From assembly GCF_026151205.1 (NCBI RefSeq), contig NC_087076.1, positions 16,517,142 to 16,581,141 on the forward strand: a stretch of DNA of 64,000 bases. The letters run 5' to 3'. Shown one piece after another: positions 1-10,935 of the stretch (its first letter is position 1; each line of letters opens with the position of its first letter). The notes beneath the pieces are model-generated. The model worked only from the letters and a program-made list of their open reading frames with translations. It made no database searches and was not told where the DNA came from. The translations under genes were made by a program, and so were the position numbers. This DNA comes from Bolinopsis microptera. Lineage: Eukaryota.

Positions 1-178
1 CAAAACTGGACAGTCAAATAAATGCGATCACTACACTTACTGACTGTCCACAGTTCATTCGCTCCTATCAAATAAATGCGATCACTACACTTACTGACTG
101 TCCACAGTTCATTCGTTCTTATCAAATAAATGCAATCACTGCACTATCATTGTCCACTGTTTCATTCGTTCCTATATA
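1..178. repeat. Tandem repeat of three copies of a ~55-bp unit (caaataaatgcgatcactacacttactgactgtccacagttcattcgctcctat)
   Basis: Read directly. The copies start near positions 16, 69 and 124 and the third is diverged. Confidence 0.8.
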
Positions 179-232
179 AATAGTCAAAGTCTACACCTAG
201 CCCATATCAAAAATAAAGAGCAAATAGTAATG

Positions 233-418
233 CTATAAAACATTGCTGGTAAGTAGTCCACTGAACATGCTACTAGGGTCTTGAGAAAGCTTGGCTGGAG
301 TGTCAAACTCAGCCTTTTTACCCTGATCCATTACCAGAATAAGATCTGAATCTGCTATGGAGCTGATACGATGTGCTATTACTAACATCGTCCTCCCAAC
401 AAACTCTGATCGCAGCAC
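233..418 (-). CDS. ABCC exon 28, the NBD2 C-terminus and stop
   Basis: Encodes VLRSEFVGRTMLVIAHRISSIADSDLILVMDQGKKAEFDTPAKL...SNVL then stop. An acceptor tttcag lies just 5' of the exon. Confidence 0.8.
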   Translation of the reverse strand: MLRSEFVGRTMLVIAHRISSIADSDLILVMDQGKKAEFDTPAKLSQDPSSMFSGLLTSNVL

Positions 419-534
419 CTGAAATAGAAAGATGAAATTTAGGTGGCTGATAAAAAATAATTAAAAGACCACGAATACAACATACCCAACGTGAGATCAA
501 ATTTTTAAAATTCTGAGATATTTTGTCAGCAAAC

Positions 535-665
535 CTTCTGTATTTTCTCGTCTGTCTCCATGTCGATGCTAGCAGTAGCTTCGTCCATGATGATTATTTT
601 GCTGTTCCTTAGGAAAGCTCGAGCTAAGCACAGTAACTGTTTCTGTCCGACACTGAAGTTATCAC
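535..665 (-). CDS. ABCC exon 27, the NBD2 signature and Walker B
   Basis: Encodes (G)[43 protein letters not shown]. It has acceptor tttcag and donor gtttgc. Confidence 0.8.
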
Positions 666-825
666 CTGAAATGAAATGCTTAAATTTGGTTGGCAGAGAA
701 AATCGAGAAGATTTTGGTTTCTCGAGTGGTTTTCTGATATCTTACAGTTTGAGACTTGAGTACCGTTCACTAAAACTTTCGTACATTTTCGTGTTTTGAA
801 ATCACACAAATAAACTTCATCTCAC

Positions 826-950
826 CTGATCCTTCGATTAGACTGTCAAGTCCATTATCCATATCTTCAACAGGTTGCTTCATGTTTACCCTCTCCAGCG
901 CTCCCCATACCTCGTCATCATTGACGGTCTCTGACGGGTCCAGGTTGTAG
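826..950 (-). CDS. ABCC exon 26
   Basis: Encodes YNLDPSETVNDDEVWGALERVNMKQPVEDMDNGLDSLIEGS. It has donor gtgaga. Phase is 1 at the start and 1 at the end. Confidence 0.75.
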
Positions 951-1124
951 CTGAAGTGTACCGTATTATTTAGTCAGGTATTTTAATTTTGATCATAATT
1001 TTTATGATCTGATTATTTGAAAGTAAATTTATGGAATTGATCGGGAAAGAAAAATCACGTGATTTGTTCATCGTTTAAGCTAGTTTTGTTCTGTAAAACT
1101 AAAACGATATTGTATCAGACTCAC

Positions 1125-1237
1125 CGTAAAGTTCCAGCAAATAATAAGGGGTCTTGGGGTATTATAGTTAGGGTTTCTCGTAATCTCTTCAAGGTTAAGT
1201 CCTTTATGTCCACACCGTCAATTACAATCGAGCCGCC
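1125..1237 (-). CDS. ABCC exon 25
   Basis: Encodes [38 protein letters not shown]. It has acceptor cttcag and donor gtgagt. Confidence 0.8.
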
Positions 1238-1601
1238 CTGAAGGAAGTGACATGTTACAAAAATCTGGAACCTAGGTAGATCGGTGATGGGTTAATCCAT
1301 GAACGACAGAGGATTCCATGACTATATGCTATGGCATGAACGAACTATTGCATATGGGCAACAGATCAATCAAATGAACGAACGTCGCGTATATATATAA
1401 CGCATATATTATATATACGGTGCGGCCGCGCGGTACGCACGCGCGTACGTCGCGTACGTCGCGTGTGTGCTACGCGGGAACATCTTTAATCAAAGGTACG
1501 CGCGTTACAACTACATCTAAAGCATATTGTGACCAAATGTGGCAACATACTTGGAACCGCGCTCGGATTCCATAACACAGCTCTCAGTGGACAAATCTTA
1601 C

Positions 1602-1694
1602 CTTGCAAGTAAGTAATCGGAAGAGAGCGATTGTTAGAGAGGATTTCCCACTGCCAGTTCTACCACAAATACCAACACGCTTGCCGGCGGGTAT
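1602..1694 (-). CDS. ABCC exon 24, the NBD2 Walker A
   Basis: Encodes IPAGKRVGICGRTGSGKSSLTIALFRLLTCK. It has acceptor tttcag and donor gtaaga. Confidence 0.8.
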
Positions 1695-1930
1695 CTGAAA
1701 TAACGTGTTTGTTTTAACACAATTGAAGTTGGTCCATGAATTTGCGCAGGAAAGTGAAATAAAGCCAATCGAAATTATCATCAAGACTATATCAGTGGCC
1801 AAATTTAACTGACAACACTACAGTTATTGGCATTCATGTAAAATTTGAATGTAAAATAACAATAACAGCTTTTAAATGCAGTACTTCCATCGCAATTAAA
1901 GTTAAACAAGGAACAACAACCACCACTAAC

Positions 1931-2120
1931 CGTTACAGTAACATCTTGCAGTACACTATCCAGCTCCTTGTCATATGCCCCGTAATAATTAACAAACTTT
2001 ATCTCTCCTTTAGAAGGCCAGGAGGCATCAGGGTCCGATTTACCATCGTCCTCTTCTATTGGTACTATTGTTGCGTAGTTGTCTATCCGCTCTACTGCGT
2101 TCATATACAACTCCATCATG
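1931..2120 (-). CDS. ABCC exon 23
   Basis: Encodes (S)MMELYMNAVERIDNYATIVPIEEDDGKSDPDASWPSKGEIKFVNYYGAYDKELDSVLQDVTVT. It has donor gttagt. Confidence 0.75.
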
Positions 2121-2298
2121 CTGTGTGGGATATAACAAGTTATTTAAAATATGTTAGGTATTTTCTAGCAATCCTTTATAAAATGAGTACACCTTCGTTT
2201 CAAGATGTAACAGCTGTTATCCAGAGATATCAGAAACAAACCAGCTTATAATATTCCCCAAGTAAGCACAAAAAGCAATGAAAATGACCTGTACATAC

Positions 2299-2455
2299 CT
2301 GAGATTCCGCAACATCCAGTTGAGTTCCCCAGGAAGAGTAAGAGCGAAGGTGAGCGCTAATCCTGCATCTGAGGGCGAGATGAGGAAGCCGTCACCGCTG
2401 GTTTGACCGCACAGTGTAACACACACCAGGCCCGATAATGTTGTTATCATTACAC
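2299..2455 (-). CDS. ABCC exon 22
   Basis: Encodes VMITTLSGLVCVTLCGQTSGDGFLISPSDAGLALTFALTLPGELNWMLRNL. It has donor gtatgt. Confidence 0.75.
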
Positions 2456-2643
2456 CTGAGTTCAGGATTACATATATTTTATATTGAAATAAAAGTCAGT
2501 TGGTTATTAACCATCCAATCTGCAAGGGTCGCGGTTTAAAATACTATTTTCTGATTAAAGTACTCAAAGATTCATATTGCTAATATCCACGTCAAAAAAA
2601 GGCAACACTGCATTTAGCTGGAATTACTGGTAAGAGCGCCTAC

Positions 2644-2753
2644 CTATAAGATCTAGTCTGAATCCGACCCAGTTGGCGGCCATGTTGACCAGCATGAAGG
2701 TGTTAGTGCTACTATCAATGTACTTCTCCATTCGGGACTGAAAACTGGGAATC
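2644..2753 (-). CDS. ABCC exon 21
   Basis: Encodes IPSFQSRMEKYIDSSTNTFMLVNMAANWVGFRLDLI. It has acceptor ctgcag and donor gtaggc. Confidence 0.75.
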
Positions 2754-2901
2754 CTGCAGGGAGAAGAGGGCGTTAGTTCTGGAAGAAAAAATAAAGGATG
2801 AACTGTGGTTATAATCATCCAGTAAGATTTACATCAACAAAAAGCTAGATGTCAGTTAGCACGCGAAACATGAACTTAACCGAAACAGTAGTTCTACATA
2901 C

Positions 2902-3058
2902 TTAAGATAAGCCCTGATAGTAGATAACCCTCCTAGAGATTCGGAGAATAGGGCCATTACGGGAGATTTGCAGATACTATCCAGTCTCTGTATCTCCCGG
3001 GAGGTGGTGATGTAGATCTTCTGGACTACGTAGTACATCAACGCCAGCGGGATCACAG
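2902..3058 (-). CDS. ABCC exon 20
   Basis: Encodes VIPLALMYYVVQKIYITTSREIQRLDSICKSPVMALFSESLGGLSTIRAYL. It has donor gtatgt. Confidence 0.75.
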
Positions 3059-3334
3059 CTGGGATAGTATAGTTTAGTAATAATGTATAGTGTATAGTTC
3101 ACTATGTATAGTAATGTATGGTATAGTATGTACTATGTAATATGTTTACAGTATACTATATTGTAGATGCAGCGGGATCACATATTGGATGTTAGCAGTA
3201 TTTAAAGGAATGGAAGTTGGGTGCACAAAAAAAAACATATCGCTGTTGTAAGAGGATGTCATGAAAATTCGAAATTTCTTTATGCGATTGAAATGAAATA
3301 AACTAGTTTTTGAAACTGAATGTGTGCCTCTCAC

Positions 3335-3462
3335 CGATGCCGAAGTAGTAACTGGCAATTATCTGCATAACCAGTACACATAGGACACGAGTAGTAAGGC
3401 TATAGGCACTGTTGACATTTTCCAGTAGTGTTGTGTCTACACTGGTTACGTCGTTGCTGAAC
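3335..3462 (-). CDS. ABCC exon 19
   Basis: Encodes FSNDVTSVDTTLLENVNSAYSLTTRVLCVLVMQIIASYYFGI. It has donor gtgaga. Confidence 0.75.
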
Positions 3463-3691
3463 CTGTGAACAAGGTTAACGTGTTAACCATTCTTTTGACA
3501 ATTATTTCTAATTATTTTCATAAAGAAATGTAATTGCCTATTCATAGCATTCAAGGCAAATAAAAAAATTCTCCTTTTAATTACCAAGAATACTAGTTTT
3601 ACACGGTGGTTACTTTTTGAACTCCTTGAATACGGCCACAGAACAGAAAAACATGGTTACAGAAAATGAAGAAAATGATAAACAAACCAAC

Positions 3692-3866
3692 CTGCTAATA
3701 ATTCGACCAAGAGGAGTAACATCAAAGAAGCGAGGTGTGGCTTTCATTATCCGGAGCAGCATGTTCACAAAGAGTGTCTGACTGGCTCTCATTGCGTCAA
3801 ATACCATTAGGATCGTACCAATGAACACCAGAACACTGGTAAAGAGTGCCAGTCCTATGTAAGTTA
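3692..3866 (-). CDS. ABCC exon 18 in TMD2
   Basis: Encodes TYIGLALFTSVLVFIGTILMVFDAMRASQTLFVNMLLRIMKATPRFFDVTPLGRIIS. The donor gttggt is weak. Confidence 0.7.
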
Positions 3867-3875
3867 CTGAGGGGT

Positions 3876-4066
3876 GGGAGGTGGTTACTAGGTGGTTACT
3901 AAGTGGTTACTAAGTGGTTACTAAACTTGGTTACTATGTAGTTACTAAGTGGTTACTAGGTGGTTACTAGGTGGTTACTAGGTGGTTACTATGTGGTTAC
4001 TAGGTGGTAACTAAGTGGTTATTAAGTGGTTACTATGTGGTTACTAGGGTGGGATGTGGTTATTCT
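3876..4066. repeat. About 16 tandem copies of an ~11-bp unit (ggttactaRgt) inside an ABCC intron
   Basis: Seen directly as ggttactaagtggttactaggtggttacta... Confidence 0.85.
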
Positions 4067-4192
4067 GAATGTCGGCTGATATTTTATAATCTTCTTTAGT
4101 TGCCATCTCATTGACTGTCAACACTGCTTATCAATAACAGTAATAATATTACAATAAACTCTGCATGGTGCAAGGAACTATGAACAACTCAC

Positions 4193-4330
4193 AGATATAG
4201 TAAGTATCACTATCTACCCAGCCTGCACTTGTGATGCGTTTCTCTGTCCACACTGTTATCCAATAATCCACTATTATACGGCCAATTTGCGATACAAGTA
4301 GAATTAACAGTGTTAAGATCAGCGTTACTC
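4193..4330 (-). CDS. ABCC exon 17 at the start of TMD2
   Basis: Encodes (G)VTLILTLLILLVSQIGRIIVDYWITVWTEKRITSAGWVDSDTYYI. It has donor gtgagt. Confidence 0.75.
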
Positions 4331-4521
4331 CTGGGAAGATTTAAAGCATTTTATCAGATATAATTATAATTAGAAACACAAACTTTTCAAAAAAGAGTGC
4401 TCACTTGCACTGCTCATGAGTGGTGTTTTAAGTATGAAGTAATAGCATGAATTTTATCAGAATAATCAGGGAATTTAGCGACAAAACTTCAAATATTCCA
4501 AGAAGTTGAACTGGTTGATAC

Positions 4522-4648
4522 CTGCAGCTGATGCCCAGATCATATAAACTCTGATGCTAACTGAGCCCTTCTCCCTGTCCTCCTTTGTCATTAGACCACC
4601 CTTTTCTTTCTTTTTCAAAGCATCAGCTTGGGACTCCTGCCGCTTTAT
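4522..4648 (-). CDS. ABCC exon 16 in the linker
   Basis: Encodes IKRQESQADALKKKEKGGLMTKEDREKGSVSIRVYMIWASAA. It has acceptor ccgtag and donor gtatca. Confidence 0.7.
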
Positions 4649-5171
4649 CTACGGAGAAAATGATCATGAGCTTTGTCCAGATTTAAAGTTGAAAAAACGT
4701 TTTCAGATACAATTGTAATAATGTACACATTCTTTACATCACGCACTGAGTTCCAAAAATTAAATTAGACATACAGGAAAAAGCTTTACATTTATAAGAC
4801 TAGCTGAATGCAGAGTAACGTTCTAACGTCGCATGCAGAGTACAAACGTAGAAATACATTGAATGATTATGATTATAAATGATTATAACTGAAAAATTGT
4901 ATTATTATATTCATATCACCACACTTATTCATATCACCACCCTTATATGATATACCGTAAAATCTGTACATCAGCATTCAGTAGGCGACGGTAAAGAAAT
5001 ATATATTTATTACGTGTTAATCCATCCTGCAATCTGCGTCGGCTCCGTCAAGGTGATTTGCTGAACTTGTGAATGATTATGATATAACAGCTAGTATAGT
5101 ATTTTCTTCTTTTTTAAACAGGAGCTGGGTCAGCGCACATTGCCTGCCCCTAGGCTGGACACGTGGTAAGA

Positions 5172-6084
5172 GAGTAATAAAGGAAATAGTACAGACAAAT
5201 CCGTCTGAAAAAATCGATCTGCCGACACAAGAAGCTTTTTAAGGATTTTTGACGTTTTTGAGTCCCATTAGGTGTTAAATTATAACGTTCTACCTTCGAT
5301 ACGGTAGTGCTCGAACTTTTTGCTTTGACTAAAGATTTAAATAGTACAACGATGCGCCAAAAACTGATTTAAACTGTTCGAGTTGGATAATCTATGTCTT
5401 AGGCTGATAATCGTCGAGACCATTAAATAATTATATATTATTATAGTTTATCCGCAGTGCGCAGCTGGTAAATTTTATTTTGAAATTGACTGTTTTATGA
5501 ATGAAAATAATGCTTTTTAGTAAAAATCGAAAATATTAACAGTCCGGTTGCGATCATTCATCTATTACTTTATTATAGACAAAATCTGCCATTGTTAAGC
5601 AGGTCATAGTCCGACATTACTGTGCAGACGTTTGTGTTTGTGGATTACTTGTGGAATATAGTATCTAAAATAATAGCTTGACGATTAGAAAATGAGTCAT
5701 CCTGCATCTGCGGCAGGGACAAAAGGATTTCGCGGCGATTTTGGCCAAAAATCGCGATACCGCGAATTACATTTCGCGGTATATTAAACTATACATAAAA
5801 TTTGTCGCAAATAATGGGAAAAATCGCGATTCCGTACATGCCGCGATTTCCTTTTGTCCCTGATCTGCGGCAATGTCTTGGATCGGCACAGTCAGAATTG
5901 AGTACAAGGTTTTTTGTTTGTTGTTTAGTACTGAAAAGTGGTAAAAAGTGGCCTTAAGACATGTGGAAAAGTTTGGAAAAATTGGTCAGCCGTAAAGGGC
6001 ACCTAATGGGACTCAAAAACGTCAAAAATCCTTAGAAAGCTTCTTGTGTCGGCAGATCGATTTTTTCAGACGGATTTGTCTGTA
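5172..6084. mobile_element. A ~910-bp MITE-like element with ~95-bp terminal inverted repeats and a TA target-site duplication (Tc1/mariner-like), sitting in ABCC intron 15
   Basis: The left terminal repeat (cagacaaatccgtctgaaaaaatcgatctgccgacacaagaagc...cccattaggtg) at about 5174-5270 is the reverse complement of 5990-6082. Both ends are flanked by TA. There are no internal ORFs, and there are further internal inverted repeats around 5700-5860. Confidence 0.7.
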
Positions 6085-7227
6085 CTAAAAACGGTCATAA
6101 AAATAATAAGGATGCATATTTTAGGTGGAAACTGAGCCTTAGTTATAACATAGATGAATCTTCTTTATTTACTGAAGATGGAATTATAACTGGGCAATAA
6201 TTTCACATTAGCCAGTCTAGCGAAGTCATGAGTCCAGCCCCTCAATAAATGGCTTTAAATTCACAAAGCCCAGAAATCCCAATACTATTTCCGCTGTGCT
6301 CTCCCTCGCTGAAAACCGTGGTTTGGTGACGACGCCATCAATTTTGAATCAATGCTAGTTCTCTTAAATTGGTAAATGAAGATGTACTCTAGTAGCAGGG
6401 AGATGTTGAGTGAGTGCGACTCGTGATATCGGGGTCTCATATCCAACCGCCGATACCAGAGTCAGATCTCATTCCACAGCTTACAATCAGATCACATGGT
6501 CTCGTATCTGACATGGAAAATGTTTGGTACTAGAAAAATAAGTTTTGAAAAAATCTCGAAAGAGCCCACAAATAAGGATTAATTTTAATTTTCCGGAAAT
6601 TTCCGGCAGCCTCCAGTCAGCATGCTCTCAGTGAACAGTGAATTCAGGGTTGCTTGTAATCTGTCAGACCCGTTTGCGTGCGACTTTTGTAAAACAAAGG
6701 AGGTACTCAGACCATTGACAAAACAATGCTTTATTAATTATAAGCATTGCAAGCAGAGGGTTTCTGCTTTATTGTGACAAGCAAACCCTTTGCTAACTTC
6801 CCATATACCAAAGATTTAAACACATAAGGCCATTAGAAAAATTATGCACATTAACCTCGGTTATGTTGAGGCCACGACCTTGAGACCTTGTGAGAGCTGG
6901 GTATTTGGTTTTATTTCTAGGACAATCTTTACATTTGTGCTACACAAATGGTGTAGTGAATTCTTGGATTATACGTTTTGATTTTTATTCCAACTCGTTT
7001 CTAGTTCTACTCATACAACGTAGATCAACCAGTGCCTTCTGCTCGCACAGCATATCAACCAATGACTCAATGACTGCTGTTCACTGCTAGTTGAAAATCC
7101 GGCAAACCGGAAAATATATTGATATCCAGCCGTTTCTGGTCCGGCAGCCAAAATCCCAGACTGGCGACTCAACATGCGGCCCTACATTTTTTGAGTTACC
7201 ACTGACCTATTTAACCCGATTCAGTAG

Positions 7228-7234
7228 GAGAAAG
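7228..7234 (+). promoter_or_regulatory. TATATAG motif about 45 bp upstream of the nested gene's ATG
   Basis: Sequence motif only. Confidence 0.25.
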
Positions 7235-7277
7235 TTCTATATAGCAAGGTACTCAACTCCTCTCTGCTACTAGAGTA

Positions 7278-7347
7278 ATGGACAATGTAAATGGTTATAT
7301 GATTATATTGATGTTTCTCTTGACCGTGAGTGATGGAGATAAACAAG
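7278..7347 (+). CDS. Nested secreted gene, exon 1 (signal peptide)
   Basis: Encodes MDNVNGYMIILMFLLTVSDGDKQ with a hydrophobic core. It has donor gtaatt. Its end phase (1) matches exon 2. Confidence 0.55.
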
Positions 7348-7517
7348 GTAATTTTAAAATGTAGATAAGTTTGATTTGTTTTACTGTTGTAACGTATGAT
7401 CTAAATTCAATCATCGATCTCAACAGTATCTACGAGCAGTTCTGAAACTCTGGTTGGCTGTACATAAAATAGTTTTACTTATGAATTTCACAACACTGAA
7501 GCGCATTTTATTTTCAG

Positions 7518-7940
7518 AGTACATAATGAAGATAGTCTGTGATGATAAGCTTTCGGTTTTCGTTGACGGTGAACTTAGAATTCAAGAGGATCGTGATCGT
7601 TGGAACGCCGTTCATACTTTAAGCATACTAAAATCAACCAAAGTCATCGGAATAGTATGTGTAAACGGTGGAGGAGAATATGGCATTCTAGGATCAGTGA
7701 CAGACGAGTCAGACAAGGATGTGCTATTAACTGGTAGTTATTGGGGCTGTTCAAATAGATTTGAGGATGGATGGGAAAGAGTAGACTTTGTAGAGGGTGC
7801 CAACTGGCTTGCAGCAGCTGAACTGTCTAATAGACATTATTACTATATAGAAGGTCCTTGGAGGGCAATATCACCCCAAAGTAGAGTTATTTGGACAAAC
7901 AGAGAGGACAGAACGGTTTACTGTCGCAAGACTGTTGACT
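7518..7940 (+). CDS. Nested secreted gene, exon 2: a beta-sandwich, lectin-like domain
   Basis: Follows acceptor cattttattttcag. Encodes EYIMKIVCDDKLSVFVDGELRIQ...GGGEYGILGSV...YWGCS...WERVDFVEGANWLAAAELS...VYCRKTVD. The DDxxxVFVDG and GGGEY spacing resembles PA14 or galactose-binding-like folds, and that assignment is tentative. The donor is gtaagt at 7941. Confidence 0.55.
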
Positions 7941-8126
7941 GTAAGTTCAAAAACTAAAACATAAATAATTCTTATAACTATAAGTTATAAGTAATAAGTA
8001 TGCATGTATATTGTAAAGCACATTGAATTTACGAAATTTCGATCGTTAAGATATTTACATTTACAAACTTCTTTCTTAGTTATATATCTGCTTATTATAT
8101 TATTAAAGAATCATGAATAGTTTCAG

Positions 8127-8656
8127 ATTGGAAGTTGGCTAAACTGGAAGTCAAAGAAGAGAATCCTAAGCGGGAAGGTTTATTACCCTTCAACCCTCAC
8201 CTCGCCATACTTGAAATAAGAGTGGAACTAACATCACCATTTTCAAATGGGTTCCAGGACAATAGCCAGCATACTGTTGGTTTCTTTCTTTTCAAAGATA
8301 GAGATTATTCCGGACTTCATTCAGAGATACGTATCACGGTCCTGGAACGTTCTCTGACCGCTGAACTATCATTCAGCCATAAATCTGGTCAATCTGGTTG
8401 CAGTAACTCAACCAATGTTCAGCTTTCCCCGACGAATGACACCTTAACTTTAGGATTTGAAAAGTCGCCCTATTTATTTGTGAATAATGGAACAGCTCGA
8501 TCAGAATTAAGTCAGTGTGGAAATGAAACCTTGTTTGAGGATTGGCAGACTTTGATAAAGAATTCTGGGATCAACCAGATAAAAGTTACAGGATTTACAG
8601 GCCTCTCAAAAGAAGAATTATTTATGACGACTGAATACAGATTTGTCAGTGGTTAG
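8127..8656 (+). CDS. Nested secreted gene, exon 3 (C-terminal region, no recognised domain)
   Basis: Follows acceptor tttcag at 8121-8126 in a phase that continues exon 2. The ORF runs to TAG at 8654-8656, and there is an AATAAA near 8750. Confidence 0.45.
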
Positions 8657-9417
8657 TGAAATGAGCTGCCGATATTATTTAACACTTAATTAATATTACT
8701 TAATACTTAAGCATAAGAAGTAGTACATTAAGAGCACTCACAACAAACAATAAACATGATTTTAAAATTTTCAATAGCCGGAACAAGCCGGGTGCAAGTG
8801 CAATCGTGCCAAAAAGTGCAGGGAAGCTGTACATAATACATATTGATACCTTTCTTGCAACTGTTTCGGTTTTCGTAACTTCCTAAAGTAAAATAAATAT
8901 TGTTTGCTATTTGTGTTGTTGTTGTATGAGAATAGCCCTGTACATCTGCGAGCACAACTTTTAAAAATATCGATCCCTACTCACAGCTGTTTGGGCTTCC
9001 GTACCGTCCTAGAGTAATAATAAACTGTATGATCAAGAGTAAAGATATAATTCCAATCTATTTTCAGTATGCACAAGTATTCCACTGGACTGGATAATGG
9101 TACAAGGTCCCCAGCCGGATACATTCCCCCTCAGATGGGGCGGTGTGGTGCCAGTAGGGTGTCCGAGTGGTGTTCACGGAGGTGAAGTCTTGATCACGTG
9201 CTACAGTGGCACCACCTTTACTTTTACTCGACAACCCGAGTGTCACTTAGGTTAGTTTATGATATATTTGTCTTCCAGAGAATTCGACAGATACAACAAG
9301 ACGATTTACAATAACGGAAAGGGGAGGGAAACTGTAAACAGTTTAACTGGGTAAGGAACCGGTTTGCAGTAAATTGGGGAAAATTGGGAAATTTTCCAAC
9401 CTTCAGCCCACTTTCCC

Positions 9418-9458
9418 CATCCCCCCCTAACCCTAACCCCCCCCCCCCCCCCCCCCCC
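9418..9458. repeat. Interstitial telomere-like (CCCTAA)2.5 followed by a ~30-nt poly-C run
   Basis: Seen directly as cccctaaccctaacccccccc... Confidence 0.6.
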
Positions 9459-9609
9459 GATCCACATACCTTTCATTACCCTCCTTAATGATCAGATATC
9501 TAAAAGATCAGATGTGTAACAGCAGTTACTGATAACAATCTGTGCTGTGTCACTCTTGTGATATTAATAATAAATTAATAATAATTATACAACGTAGGTT
9601 ATAACATAC

Positions 9610-9777
9610 CTTGTCTGCTGAAGACTCCTTTCTGGCTATATCCTCGCTGACCTCCTTCTCTTCCTCCTCCCCTTTCTCGGCCAGATTTTCCAGAAAGTTC
9701 TTGTAGAATTGAGATTCTTTCTCGTATAGTGTGTGATCCCCGACGTAAGATAGCTTCCCGTGAGCTATCTCTATCAC
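9610..9777 (-). CDS. ABCC exon 15, the NBD1 C-terminal helix
   Basis: Encodes VIEIAHGKLSYVGDHTLYEKESQFYKNFLENLAEKGEEEEKEVSEDIARKESSADK. It has acceptor ttttag and donor gtatgt. Confidence 0.75.
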
Positions 9778-9939
9778 CTAAAAGAAAATACCTTTCATAA
9801 TCTAAGATACGAGCAAGCACATTTTTATCAGCCAGCCGGACCTAGCCGGCATTTGTTAAATAATAGTTGTGAATTTAACTCGGTACGTATGAGAAAATTT
9901 AAATTTTTAAAATGCGATTGAAGTTGAACCCAGGCCAAG

Positions 9940-10285
9940 GTTATTATATTTCATAAATAATAATAACTCACATCTGTCACTATGGCCTATATAGTACATT
10001 GCTTACTGTACTTTATATTTTCTCGGATTTTGAGTCTTCGAAGATGGTATTACTCACGCCTGAACTTTTTCAGTTCATGCCTGTGAGGGCATGGGACCCG
10101 CGTTAATGGTGTGCATTATTACCAGGGTCAGACACCCTGTACCATTTTTTGCCAGACAACACCATGGTTTGGTGATCAGTAGTTCCTTTTTGGTTTTTGA
10201 GAACTGCCCCCGACGGGGATCGAACTCGCAACCTCTGGAATAGTAGCTCACGTTGGCTTAAACTGGCATTTTAACCAGCTGAGCT
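9940..10285 (-). mobile_element. tRNA-derived SINE-like element in ABCC intron 14
   Basis: On the minus strand there is an A-box (TAGCTCAGCTGG) and a B-box (GAGTTCGATCCCC), a ~200-bp body, and an AT-rich tail. A-box to B-box spacing is about 58 nt and the T-stem does not pair, so this is a SINE rather than a tRNA gene. Confidence 0.4.
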
Positions 10286-10335
10286 ACTCAAATCATGGAC
10301 CATTTAAATTCATGACTGACGTTAATTAAACTAAC

Positions 10336-10758
10336 CAGGTCTGCATCCGAAAGGTACTGGAGATGATGTGTAATAAGAACAACAGTTCTTCCAGACTCTG
10401 CTAAAAACTTCTTTATTCCCATCTCAAACAACTTAGCACCCACGTGTGCATCCAGCGCCGAAAGCGGGTCATCTAAAATAACAAGGTCAGATTGGGCGTA
10501 TAACGCCCGCGCTACACTGACTCTCTGTCGCTGACCACCACTAAGGTTAATACCGCGCTCACCAATCTCAGTTTCATCACCACCTGGCAAGGTTTTGAGA
10601 TCCAAGTCTAGACATGATGCGGCACACACTTCTTTGTAGCGTTTTTCGTCCAGCGGCTGCCCAAATATTATATTTTCCTTTACAGTTGAATTGAGAATCC
10701 ATGGACTTTGGGCGGCGTAACTTATCTTGTCACTTCTAATGTGGTTGGTTACTTTGCC
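10336..10758 (-). CDS. ABCC exon 14, the NBD1 signature and Walker B
   Basis: Encodes [141 protein letters not shown]. It has acceptor ttttacag and donor gttagt. Confidence 0.85.
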
Positions 10759-10935
10759 CTGTAAAAATGTTTGTCACAACGCTGTATTGTACAATATAAA
10801 TCGTTCAATAATTATAAGTTATCACTTATTACAACTATTACTTGACCTAACTTGTCCTTAGGTAAATCGAATAAATAAAATAATTTAAAATCTGTACATT
10901 CGTCAAATAATCATGAGAGCCAAAACAGAACTTAC

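Noticed and set aside
560-799. Plus-strand ORFs at 560-799, 1946-2251, 10913-11131, 23327-23569, 23972-24361 and 28193-29595
   Set aside because: They lie antisense to well-supported minus-strand coding exons (ABCC, CSTF1, LINE ORF2). They have no homology of their own and are by-products of codon-biased sequence on the opposite strand.
7454-7517. The N-terminal extension of ORF 7454-7957 (MAVHKIVLLMNFTTLKRILF...)
   Set aside because: It precedes a strong acceptor (cattttattttcag) at 7517. The upstream part has no coding character, and the phase matches a signal-peptide exon at 7278-7347 instead.
10195-10290. A possible genuine tRNA gene on the minus strand
   Set aside because: A-box and B-box motifs are present, but no acceptor or T-stem pairing is possible, and the box spacing is about 58 nt. 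Together with a downstream body and AT tail this fits a SINE head.
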